Source: Octopus sinensis (lineage: Eukaryota). Taken from it: a stretch of 64,000 nucleotides of DNA. The DNA lies in assembly GCF_006345805.1 (NCBI RefSeq), contig NC_042999.1, forward strand, positions 49,228,001-49,292,000, written 5' to 3'. Every line of letters begins with the position of its first letter. The first letter of the stretch is position 1. The translations under genes and the position numbers were made by a program. Of the stretch, positions 52,311 to 64,000 are shown in pieces. Under the pieces are notes generated by a model. That model was not told where the DNA came from. It searched no databases and saw only the letters and a program-made list of their open reading frames with translations.

Positions 52311-52906
52311 TAGGCAAATTATGTTGAACTATGACATATATATATGCATATATATACTTGTCTCTTTCCCAATTTTTCTCTCTCTATGTATATTTCATTC
52401 TTTCTTTCTTTCTTTCTTTCTCTCTCTCTCTCTTTTTCGCGTAGTGTAAACAGACATGGAACATATTGATAAAATTATCTGTAAGAGTATTGTAAACAAG
52501 GGTTTTCTAAACGTAGTACAAAAGTATTATTTAGGAGTAGAACGGTTAATGAGAAAACAGTATTTTAGGGGAAACAGTATGCTAGGAATTATTGACTGTG
52601 CCTGACTAACAGAAAACCATACAATAGTTCCGTTTTGACTAAAAATATATTTGTAACAAGATTACTTTTCTAAAAATAACATGTACCTGGACTGCATCAG
52701 TGTGTCAATGAATTGTTCTTAATGTCTTGAAGCGCTAATCTTAAAATAGTGTATCTGTGTATGCGAGTGTATATATGTATGTACCTATATATATATATAT
52801 ATATGTCTACGTATGCGCGTGTGTGTATATGTATGCGCCTATATATATATATTATATATATGTATGTATGTATATATATGTATATATACATATGAGTATA
52901 ATATAC

Positions 52907-52953
<47 letters not shown>

Positions 52954-53309
52954 TGTATGTATATATTCTCTTTATGTTTCAGTGTAGGTATATATGGAGG
53001 TATCTAAGGTTATAAGAATGCTTGTCTGTACACTGAATTTTAATGTTTAAAGGTTTTTTTCCTTTCTATTAATATATTTAAAATGTTTTTATATATTTAT
53101 TCATATAGCCTCATGATCCAACACGATTTTCATTTTATTTTCTAAATATCACAGACTATACCTTTCATGCATAACAATTTTATATGACATAAACATATAC
53201 CTAATTCTAAGATTTATACACAGTATCATAGCGACGTTAAAACCATATATCAATATTTTCTGGCTCCATTCATTTATGAATATACATAAGTGTTGAACCT
53301 GTGTACCTG

Positions 53310-53348
<39 letters not shown>

Positions 53349-53415
53349 CTGCGCGTTATGTGTAAAAGAAATATAACAATGCCAAAACTGCCAAATTAGA
53401 TTATTTGTGATATAA

Positions 53416-53651
53416 CTCTTTTAGTCTTTTACTCTTTTACTTCTTTCAGTTATTTGGCTGCGGCTATGCTGGAGCACCGCCTTTGGTCGAGCAAATCGAC
53501 CCCATGAGTTATTCTTTTTTAAGCCAAGTACTTATTCTTTCGGTCACTTTTGCCGAACCGCTAAGTTACGGAGACGTTAACACACCACTATCGGTTGTCA
53601 AGAGATGTTTGGGGGACAAACACAGACACACAAACATATACACACACATAC

Positions 53652-53687
<36 letters not shown>

Positions 53688-53850
53688 GACGGACTTTTTT
53701 CAGTTTCCGTCTACCAAATCCATTCACAATGCTTTGGTCGGCCCGAGGCTATAGTAGAAGACACTTACCCAAGTTTCCACGCAGTGGGACTGAACCCAGA
53801 ACTATGTGGTTGGTAAGCAAGTTACTTACCACACACTCACTCCTGTGCCT
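53416..53850 (-). mobile_element. SINE-B
   Basis: Full homology to the other SINE-B copies. Confidence 0.9.
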
Positions 53851-53998
53851 ATAAGAAATATAATGGTATCAGTTAAGTTGTAGCATGGAATTGTCTCTAC
53901 ATTTCAGTTTAGAATGTGTTAGAGATAGGTTCTGTGTCGTCCTGATGCAGAATAGTTACGATTCAACATAACTTTGCAGTTAGTAAACTCTTGTTTAT

Positions 53999-54207
53999 TC
54001 TAGGCACAAGGCCCGAAACTTTTTTCGGGGAGGAGAGGCAGTCGATTAGATCGACCCCAGGACACAACTGGTACTTAATCTATCGACCCCGAAAGGATGG
54101 AAGGCAAAGTCGACTTCGGCGGAATTTGAACTCAGAACTTAAAAACAGACGAAATACCACTAAGCATTTCATCAGGCGTGTTAACATTTCTGCCAGCTCG
54201 CCACCTT
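53999..54207 (-). mobile_element. SINE-A variant
   Basis: atcgaccccgaaaggatggaaggcaaagtcgacttcggcggaatttgaactcagaac...ctgccagctcgccacc. Confidence 0.85.
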
Positions 54208-54883
54208 TTTGCTGTAAGTAAAATTGTCTACACAATGCTTGTCTATGTGTCTTTTATGCATGCACGCAGTTGTTTGTATGTGTGCATGTATGAATGCATG
54301 TATGTTTGTATGAATGAATGAATATGTGAATGAATGAATGTTTATTTAGAAGTGCATATATAAATGCTGTTTTATATAATCATAGCACACCTTTTTGGTG
54401 ATAAAGCTCAAATTTTTTTAGATGATAGAACTGACTATATGTGGATGGCCAAATGCTAACGACAAGTGTGTTGCAAGGAGTCATGAGGAAAAAGATGAGA
54501 TACAGAAAACGGAGACGGGGAGGAGAAAAGCGATGACAAAGAAAACGAAAGATGTAATTAGCAATATCATCTACATCGTTTTCATCACATATTCAACCTT
54601 TTCGTTATCAATCAATAACTTATCCCCATCATTTTAGAATACGGTTACCCTTGTGTTTTATTTCGCCACGAATTTCTTCGGTTTCTACTTGATTTACATT
54701 TGTCTCATTAGCCCATTTCTTCTTTTGCCTATTCTCCTAATTATATCTACAATAGCTGTGAATAACCTTAAAAAATTTCACAAGCTATATAATTGAAATT
54801 TCATTCCCACGATGATACGTTAAATTGCTTAATTGGAGGCGTGTATATGAGTGTGTGTATGTGTGTGTATGTATGCATGTATG

Positions 54884-54931
<48 letters not shown>

Positions 54932-55091
54932 CATATAGATATTATATATTTCAAAGTCTATGAGGATTACTACATATTACTAGTGAATATGGGCGTGTGT
55001 CTGTTTCTCTGTCTGTGTGTATGAATAAATATATATATATATATATATATATATTCAGATAGATAGATAGATAGATAGAAATACAGATATG

Positions 55092-55152
<61 letters not shown>

Positions 55153-55664
55153 TATATATATATAAAAGAAGGTTTGAAGTTGCAAAGTTCTTTTAAAGAT
55201 TTTTATTGACTTGACCGGTTTCACGTTTTTAGAAAAAGATTATCAAAAGTAAAATGTAAAGCTTTGTATAAGCTTTCTTGTGCTGAAAATAGTTATTACA
55301 AATGTATTAAAATACAGTTATACAGTCTTTGATAATGATAAAATAAATTTTAAACAGTTTACATGAAAGTATTCAAGAAAGGGAATACAATAAGTATTTT
55401 GAGTTCAATAAAATCATGTTTGCTTGGAGGGTCGTATACTGAAGCTTAAGGAGGATGTTACAGCACAATTCTAATATACTTGTCGTTTTGAAAAGTGATG
55501 GAGTGTTCCTTTCAGCAATTCGAGAAGCATTCGCTGTTAGTCAGAATATTGGTGTTGAGGCCAGATTTCAAACTACGCGTTTACACTTGATTTAATCGGT
55601 GAAGTTATTTGTTACAAATGTAGTAATTTGTTAGCTCTCAAGCGACTGTATAACATTTAAGCAC

Positions 55665-55698
<34 letters not shown>

Positions 55699-55779
55699 CG
55701 TGTGTGTGTGTGTTGCTATATGTTGTTTAATCCTGTCACATTTTCTCCATTTTCTCGCCTTTTGGCCTGCGTTGTACAC

Positions 55780-56690
55780 ATTCGCTTGCATTCTTCCAGA
55801 AATTTAATACTCTTAGCTTAGATTTTTGGGACTAAACAATTTCGAACAGACTCAATTGTAACAGGCCGAAACTGTTATAACAATTTGGAAACTTGACTGA
55901 TGAATACGAGGCCACGAATGATCCGAGCTTCTTTTTTCTTGTCTGTCTTTGTATTTTCTGTCTTCCGTATGCTTTTATTATCGTCTGTTACGTTCTTATT
56001 CCATATTTTGGATTCATATATACATTTAGCGGCGCACATACACTTTTTGCTCACCTTGAAAGTAAGTATGTATCTAAATTTTTTACAACTTTTTACTTCT
56101 TTTAGTTCCCCTAATACTTTCTTTTCCTTTTCTCGCTTTCCCTCTCTCAATCTCTTGGCATTCTCTTTCTTTAATCTATCTATTTACCTTCGTTATCACC
56201 CTTGTACCTTCCCTCTGTATCTTCCTTCTCCTCTCTCTCTCTCTCTCTCTCTCTGTGTAGTTCCTTCCCTAATATTTCAATCCCTCTCTCTCCTACCTCT
56301 CACTTTTCCTTCCATGTGACCGGTGTTTGGCTAAGTATGAACTTTCGTTCCTAACCCGACTGCCGCCCGTACAGCACCTCTTATCTGCTTATCTTCTAAC
56401 TTTCATCTATGTTTGTACCTCAAGACACGCCAACTAAAATTGATTCGTCCTTATTAGTCGAAAGACACCTGCTGTTAATTTCTTGTTGCTTGTATTTGTA
56501 ATCGTGTAACAATTTGTCCGTTTTATCGCTTTTTTGTCTGTGTTCTCATACATACTCGCTTGCGTTCTTCGATAAATTTAATGTTCTTAGCTTAGATTTT
56601 TGGAGCAAACCAATTTTGAACAGTATAAAGTGTAACTGGCCGAAACTGTAATGATGATTCGGAAACTCGACTGATGAAAACAAGGCCACG
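55780..56690 (+). repeat. Two diverged direct repeats of about 140 bp (55780-55916, 56553-56690) carrying hammerhead core strings in GAAA...CTGATGA order
   Basis: Both copies share cttagcttagatttttgg..gaacag..ggccgaaactgt..ggaaact.gactgatgaa..aggccacg, with a spacing of 774 bp. Confidence 0.7.
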
Positions 56691-56709
56691 TTCTTATTCT
56701 ATTTTTGGG

Positions 56710-56747
<38 letters not shown>

Positions 56748-56815
56748 TATAAATGCGTGTGCATATGCGTGTATGTGTGTGTGTATATACATGTGTATGT
56801 ACATGTGTATGTACG

Positions 56816-56861
<46 letters not shown>

Positions 56862-56897
56862 TCCCAAAATAGAATAAAAACTACCAGACGACAATAC

Positions 56898-56930
<33 letters not shown>

Positions 56931-57039
56931 AATATATATATATTGTATATGTAATCAAATACGAGTACATGTGTTATTATGTGGTTATACATATGTATGT
57001 GCGTGAGTGACCGAGTGATTGAATGAGTGGCTGTATGTG

Positions 57040-57085
<46 letters not shown>

Positions 57086-57535
57086 CTACGTATGTACAGC
57101 GTTCTATTCTGTCACAGGGGCTTATAATTTAACTGTTTATGTGTGTGAGGGTATACGCCCATTTGTAAGGTGTCGTTTCAAATTCTAGCTTTGATATTCA
57201 TGAACTTACATGCACACAGAACGCAGAAGGGCTAAGGAGATATCATATCCTATTATCCGCTTGCCTCAGAAGTCAATATTTTAGAAATTTGCTTCTATTG
57301 TTTATCATTATATTCATCACTCTCATATTCTACCTAAACAGTAGTGTTCTGTTTCCCACCACCTGCTAATTATTTCGTAGTCTCATATATACATGCTTAC
57401 ATACATACATCGACATACATTCATACGTACAGACAGACAGACAAAAACGTATATGTATGAATAGTTTTATGTAAGTATATGTATCTATGTACAGGATGTA
57501 TATGTATGCATGTATAAATACATATATATATATAT

Positions 57536-57584
<49 letters not shown>

Positions 57585-57692
57585 GGAAGAGGAAAGATAT
57601 ATACATATAGAGAGAGAGAGAGATAGATAGATTGATAAAGAGATAGATAGATATATAGACAGACAGATAGATAGATAGATAGAGCGAGAGAT

Positions 57693-57850
<158 letters not shown>

Positions 57851-58496
57851 TTAGATAGATAGATAAATAAATAGATAGATAGATAAATTGATAGGTAGGT
57901 AGATAGATACATGCAGCACTACCAATACACACAAACACAAATATATGAATATGTATATCATACATATATATGTGTAAATGTAAATCTATATTCACACACG
58001 TACACACACACTCACATACCCCCATACACACACACACACGCACTGTACACACACACACACACAGGCACACACATTTTTCAGAAAGTGCAGTTTATCAGCA
58101 TCTCATTATTCCAACCAGACTAACAATCTGTGCAATACCTGACAACTCATGCAACAAACTAAGTTAGCGGAATATTAATTTCGTTATCAGCTTCCTACCG
58201 ATATTCCAGTAAAGAAACCACTTCACTGGAATATGGCGTACCCTGTTCTAACTGACACTTTCTAGGAAAATGCTATTTATTGATTAAGCATTCTAACAAA
58301 CATGGACTAGTTTGCTGGCTTTTAATCAAATTAATTAGGCACGATGTGCAACTATTATAATATTGTAATCATACATACATACACACACATACATACGTGA
58401 TCATACAGACACATACACACGCACTCATATACACATACATATGCACTAACAAAACATTATACATGCAAACCACCAAATATCTATTCATGTGTGTAT

Positions 58497-58530
<34 letters not shown>

Positions 58531-58933
58531 CCGGAGTAAGCTTTACCGGAGTAAGCACATAAATGTGAAACAATGTGGAAAAAAGAGTACTCAAATACCA
58601 GAGGTAGAGTAATATGCTTTATTTAAAAGCAGTAGAAATATAACAAAAGCTGTCCGACGAACGGGAACGTTGAACTCTGATTAACAGCTTTTGTTATATT
58701 TCTGCTGCTTTTAGATAAAGTATATATATATATATATATATATATATACCGGAGTAAGCTTTACGGAGTAAGCACATAAATGTGAAACAATGTGGAAAAA
58801 AGAGTACTCAAATACCAGAGGTAGAGTAATATGCTTTATTTAAAAGCAGTAGAAATATAACAAAAGCTGTCCGACGAACGGGAACGTTGAACTCTGATTA
58901 ACAGCTTTTGTTATATTTCTGCTGCTTTTAGAT

Positions 58934-58940
<7 letters not shown>
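58531..58940 (+). repeat. Tandem pair of units about 218 bp long, each with a roughly 41-bp inverted repeat around a degenerate hammerhead core
   Basis: Units start at 58531 and 58749 and are separated by (TA)n. The arms at 58611-58653 and 58684-58725 close a 30-nt loop, CCGACGA-ACG-GGAA-CGT-TGAA-CTCTGATTA. Confidence 0.85.
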
Positions 58941-58964
<24 letters not shown>

Positions 58965-59281
58965 ACACGTTCATACATATATATAAACACACGCAAATAT
59001 ATATATATATTCCTTTATTATTTTACTTGTTTCAGCCATTTGACTGCGGCCATGCTGGAGCATCACCTTTAGTCGACTTAGGGTTACTTATTCAACTAGG
59101 TTTACTCATTTGCTGAACCACTAAGTTACGGGGACATAAGCATTAGTTGTCAAGCGATGTTGGTGGTGGTGGTGGGGATAAACACAGACATATAAACACA
59201 CACACACATATATATATATCATACAAAAGGAATCATGCAAAACGAATTCGTTATTTTCTCTCCTTGTTTCTTTCTGCGTTC

Positions 59282-59317
59282 CTTTCTGTGGAAGAGCGTA
59301 CGCTCGAAACGTTAAAG
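59282..59317 (+). ncRNA. Minimal type I hammerhead motif, one core substitution
   Basis: CTTT-CTGTGGA-A-GAGCG-TA-CGCTC-GAAA-CG-TT-AAAG. Stems I and II are perfect and core A6 is replaced by T. Confidence 0.6.
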
Positions 59318-59731
59318 ATTTTTTCACTTCCCGAGAACGAAACTAATACATCTGATTGTTGTCTACACCACCTATCTTCGTCGTTTTGGGGGGGAGGGGG
59401 TTTGTGAATTCTCCCTATATGTGTGTGTGTGTGTATGTATGTATGCATGTATGTTTGTAAGTATGTATACAGGTATGTATATGATGGTATAAAGAGACAT
59501 ATGCATGTTTACATGTGCCTGTGAGAGTATTTGTATTTGTCTTTCTACACCTTTGCAAATGGTGTTGGTTTCTTTATACACCGGTAATCTAGGTCTCGTT
59601 TGACGTTAATACAACCGCTGGAGCCGCATTATTTGACTAAACCCGAGTGCTGCTTTGTCATGATCGCAGCTCGATAACTGACGCATGCAAAATGAACGAA
59701 TAATTTCATACATACATACAAATATATATAT

Positions 59732-60136
59732 ACTCTTTTTACTCTTTTACTCTTTTACTTGCTTCAGTCCTTTGACTGCGGCCATGCTGGAGCACCGCCT
59801 TTCGTCGAGCAAATCGACCCCGGGACTTATTCTTTGTAAGCCCAGTAATTATTCTATCGGTCTTTTTTGCCGAAACGCTAAATGACGGGGACGTAAACAC
59901 CCCAGCATCGGTTGTCAAGCAATGCTAGGGGGACAAACACAAACACACACACACACACATATATATATACATATATACGACAGGCTTCTTTCAGTTTCCG
60001 TCTACCAAATCCACTCACAAGGCATTGGTCGGCCCGGGGCTATATTAGAAGACACTTGCCCAAGATGCCACGCAGTAGGACTGAACCCAGAACCATGTGG
60101 TTGGTTAGCAAGCTACTTACCACACAGCCACTCCTG
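59732..60136 (-). mobile_element. SINE-B (a partial 3' copy also lies at 59011-59210)
   Basis: Homology to the other SINE-B copies. Confidence 0.9.
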
Positions 60137-60573
60137 TATACATACACAAACATACTCTCGATTATATATGCACATTTGTATATTTTATACATGTTTGCTA
60201 GTGTGTTTATGTATGTATGCATTAAAGTATATTCCCCTCCAAATAGATCAGGTTTAATTCGCAGATAGTTACACACTAAATTATATCGTCAATACTACCG
60301 CAGCAGAAATTAACCTTTCCATATTTAGCGTTACTCCGACAATTTTCCAAATTTATGCGGAGATAATGAATACTATTTATACTTGATTATATATGCATAC
60401 TTTCAGACGGCCAGACGAATGCGGTGATAATCCCTTTTAGAAGCTTGTCATACAACAAATAAATTCGCCTCCAAACATTTACATATCTATCTGTTTATTT
60501 GTACATCCCCACCACATATTATATATGTATATGTATATTCATAAGCATGCACATACACACACACACACACATA

Positions 60574-61843
60574 TCAGATCATCCCATAAGTTCTGTCCGA
60601 TTTTACCTTTTTTAAAATTGAATGAAATTTAATAGTATTTTAGAATGTCTAATGGAATTAAAAATTATTTTTCATGCATTTGTGTACATTTAAATTAATT
60701 AAATATTAATTTACAGAATAATAGAATTAAAATTTCTTTGATTAAAAGCCTTTCTAACATGGACGTATCCAAAAAGCATTTAAAGCAAATAATGCTTTAT
60801 GAGTACAAAAAAGGGAACTACAGCCGAAGCGACTCGAAACATAGACTCAGTTTATGGGAAAGAATGCTTGAATGAAAGAACTTGCAGGAGGTGGTTTGCA
60901 AAATTCAGAAGTGGAGATTTCAACCTTGAAGATGAAGATCGAACAGGACGTCTAGTTGAGTTTGATGATAAGCTCCTTGAGGCATTATCAGTTGAAGAAT
61001 TGGCAATAAATCTTAGTTCAAACCATACAACTGTTCATCATCATCTTCAACAACTTGGAAAGGTCCCTAAACTTGGAAAATTCATGAGTGCCTCATGAAT
61101 TGTCCGAAAGCAACCGCAAATCCCGAGTTAACATCAGCTCTTCTCTCCATTCTCGCGAATTCATTTCACCCTTTTTGGATAGATAAGTGACTGGTGACGA
61201 AAAATGGATTTTCTATCGAAATGTTAAACATTGTAAACAGTGGCTTAGTAAAAGGGAAAAAGCTCAAACACAACTGAAAAGGGAACTTCATGGAAAAAAG
61301 CTTCTTCTCTCTATCTTGTAGGATTGCAAAGGAGTAATTCACTTTGAATTGTTACCACCAAATGCAACAATCAATGCTCGAGTCTATTATCAGCAATTAG
61401 GGCGTTTGCACCAAGCTTTGAAGAAAAAATTACCCGCTTTAGTGCATCGAAAAGGAATTATGTTTCATCAGGACAACACGCGACCCCACACTCCAAAGAT
61501 CACATTACAGAAGATCGAAGAGCTTGGTTGGGAAAAATTTTATCATCCACCTTATTCCCCTGATCTTGCTCCTTCAGACTACCATTTGTTTCGTAGTTTA
61601 CAGAATCATTTGGGGGAAATAACATTCGCAATGCAGGAGGCGGTCGAAGCTGACATTTCAGAGTTCTTCGCTTTGAGACTAAAAGAGTTTTACATTGATG
61701 GGATTAAAAAGCTTGTAAATAGATGGAAGGAAGTCATAAATAATCAGAGAAAGTTCATTGATGATTAAATTTCAATTAAATATAATATTTGATCACTTGT
61801 TTTCATTTATCAAAATTCGGACAGAACTTATGGGATTACCTGA
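60574..61843 (+). mobile_element. Full-length (1270 bp) mariner DNA transposon, decayed
   Basis: TIRs TCAGATCATCCCATAAGTTCTGTCCGATTTT and AAAATTCGGACAGAACTTATGGGATTACCTGA, with TA on both sides (60572-60573, 61844-61845). Confidence 0.95.
60759..61768 (+). pseudogene. Mariner DD34D transposase pseudogene
   Basis: HTH segment RTCRRWFAKFRSGDFNLED, then TGDEKW, HQDNTRPH and YSPDLAPSDYHLF with exactly 34 residues between the last two Asp. There are several frameshifts and in-frame stops, and the WVPHEL motif is disrupted. Confidence 0.93.
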
Positions 61844-62456
61844 TACATGTATATATATATATAAATATATTTGTATATTATAAATATATACATATATATA
61901 CACGCATACAAATATATTCATGCATAGAAATTTCAAACATTATTTTATCATTCCTACAAAGTGTAATTATTTTAATAAAGAAAGTGTTATTTTTCGATAG
62001 CGCTTAGCCAAAGCGGCACCAATAACCACAACTAACCTCTTGCTAGGTTTCAATTCCTTTATACATCGCAGTATTAGCAATATCCAGAAGCGAGGGTGAA
62101 GGAACTTTCGATATCCTCTATTTCGAACTCTTACATTACGCTGCAGATCAATACTAAAATTCATTCTAATAAATAACTGAATCCGAATAGAATGGCAACG
62201 ATTACATAACTACTGTTCTTTAGCATATAACTCATTCTGCTTTTGGGAATCGTACAGCCTAAAGTTAAATACCATTGCAACATATTTTATCTTTCTCAGG
62301 CCCTATTCATGGTACATGAATGTTTTATAAATATAAACGAATATGGATAAAATAATTAAACAATTATAAGAGAACAAATATATTCTGTATGCCAAGTTTC
62401 CTATGGGATTTTGAAATTAGTAATTTTGATGAAGTGCAGCCAATTTTAAACTTTTC

Positions 62457-62550
<94 letters not shown>

Positions 62551-63193
62551 TGCACACATACACACACATCTGTGTGTTTGTGTACATACATACATACATA
62601 CATACATGGCAACATTTTGCTTATGTAATTATTTTCTTTTTGTAACGAGAATGTTTAACTGGAAGTTTCAATATCTATTACTTCAAGCAGAGAAAAATTT
62701 GTTTGACTTCAGTCAGCATTGTAACTTTCCTTTCGTCGTTAGAGTATTTTTCGATTATCCATATAATAAAATTGTTTTTCATACCCTACAAATCGTTTTT
62801 GTCTTTATTTTGAGATTTGTATTCCCCTAAGATTCTGAGAATCAAGTGGCAATACGTGATGAAACACCTGACACTTATAAGGTTTTCTGTGTTATCTTTT
62901 GTGATGATACATCTTTCACTTTGCGACGCCAACTCATCCGTCAATATAAATAATGTAAATATATATATTTTGCCTTCATACAACTATTTTGATTGGCAGT
63001 TAGTCGCACGGATAAAGTAGATAGCACCAACCAATTTCCTATAATGAAGGTGCTGAAAATTCGTGTATTCATCTCAACACATAATAGAGAATAGAATCTA
63101 CAGGAGATGTCTATGGGTGTGTGTGCGTGTGTTTTCATAAACACATACACACACGAATACATACACATATATATCTTTCGTTTCAATCAGTAT

Positions 63194-63286
<93 letters not shown>

Positions 63287-63660
63287 CAGGCAGATAGATG
63301 TAGAAGTATATCTTGAGGCTATTTTACCATTCTAAATTAAGAGCTAGAAAATTAAAACTCGTCTTGATATCAAGATGATTTGATGTGTATATCATTCATA
63401 AGAAGGTAATCTAAACTAAAATAGAAATTCAATTCTCACCTTAGATATACCAAACTACTTATAATTTAATTCACCGTTAACCCAATATACGTCGACTCAC
63501 TTCCAACCAGTGTGCCAACAGCATCACTATCGAAATCGAAAGCTGACTGTGCCTGGTGATCTCATAATCCGAGACGATGATAAAAAGCCAATCACAATTC
63601 TAGCGAGGGACAAACTCTGGAGGACCAGATATCTGTTCAAGAACTGATTTTAGCACTCAC

Positions 63661-63768
63661 TAACAGATTTAGCAGTCCACCTTGAAGTTTACGCCATTCG
63701 CGGAAGAGTTGTACAAACCAGGTCTTTTTGTATTTGCTATACTGGTGACATGTAAACCAGTACAGCTC
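63661..63768 (-). CDS. Candidate internal exon of an unidentified gene (ELYWFTCHQYSKYKKTWFVQLFREWRKLQGGLLNLL)
   Basis: 108-bp phase 0-0 open frame with acceptor ..tgtcttgtctatttcag| and donor |gtgagt. A possible in-phase upstream exon ends at 63976 (|gtatgt). I do not recognise the protein. Confidence 0.4.
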
Positions 63769-64000
63769 CTGAAATAGACAAGACATCGGTGAGAAAAACG
63801 ACATCTTATAGACTCATGTGATGAAGAGAGACTAGTAATTATGTATGCCAAAGAAGGTAATAAGCCCTGCACAAATTCAACGACCATCAAGAAATTAAAG
63901 ATGAACCGACAGGACTTGTCAACTTTGGTCGCACTTAGTGTAAGTGAAGTCCAGCACTGCCTTTAACCCACATACAGTAAGCACCTTTGGCTTTGTCAGA

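Noticed and set aside
58201-58234. 10-bp inverted repeat (ATATTCCAGT/ACTGGAATAT), and a similar one at 27648-27673, as possible pre-miRNAs
   Set aside because: The stems are too short for a Drosha/Dicer precursor and match no miRNA I recognise.
63483-63650. Plus-strand PGDLIIRDDDKKP resembling a BEL/Pao integrase C-terminus
   Set aside because: The similarity is limited to a few residues, the downstream W/LGRI and VRT motifs are absent, and there are no LTR or other pol domains.

Overview
AT-rich, microsatellite-saturated eukaryotic DNA with no complete protein-coding gene. The SINE families and the density of (TA)n, (GATA)n and (AAT)n repeats match my recollection of octopus (cephalopod) genomes; this was not verified by any search. 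The window is dominated by mobile DNA. It holds a near full-length CR1-group LINE (about 36.85-41.48 kb, minus strand) with an intact ORF1 and a disrupted ORF2, and a 5'-truncated CR1/L2-group LINE (about 5.06-7.21 kb). It also holds a full-length decayed DD34D mariner (60574-61843), a mariner-derived MITE, a foldback MITE, a Helitron-type 3' end, a probable solo LTR and more than 15 tRNA-derived SINE copies from several families. The most interesting signal is RNA-level: several unrelated repeats carry minimal type I hammerhead ribozyme motifs of the kind known from Penelope-like elements. One family (copies at about 4.27 kb and 25.67 kb) joins a tRNA-like Pol III head, an (AAT)n linker and a hammerhead-bearing tail, and both copies have 5' inverted duplications. 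A second signal is in the long LINE: its ORF2 has no AUG before the endonuclease domain and overlaps ORF1 in the -1 frame across two correctly phased slippery heptamers. One candidate exon of an unidentified minus-strand gene lies at 63661-63768. Nearly all short ORFs in the supplied track are microsatellite or SINE artefacts.
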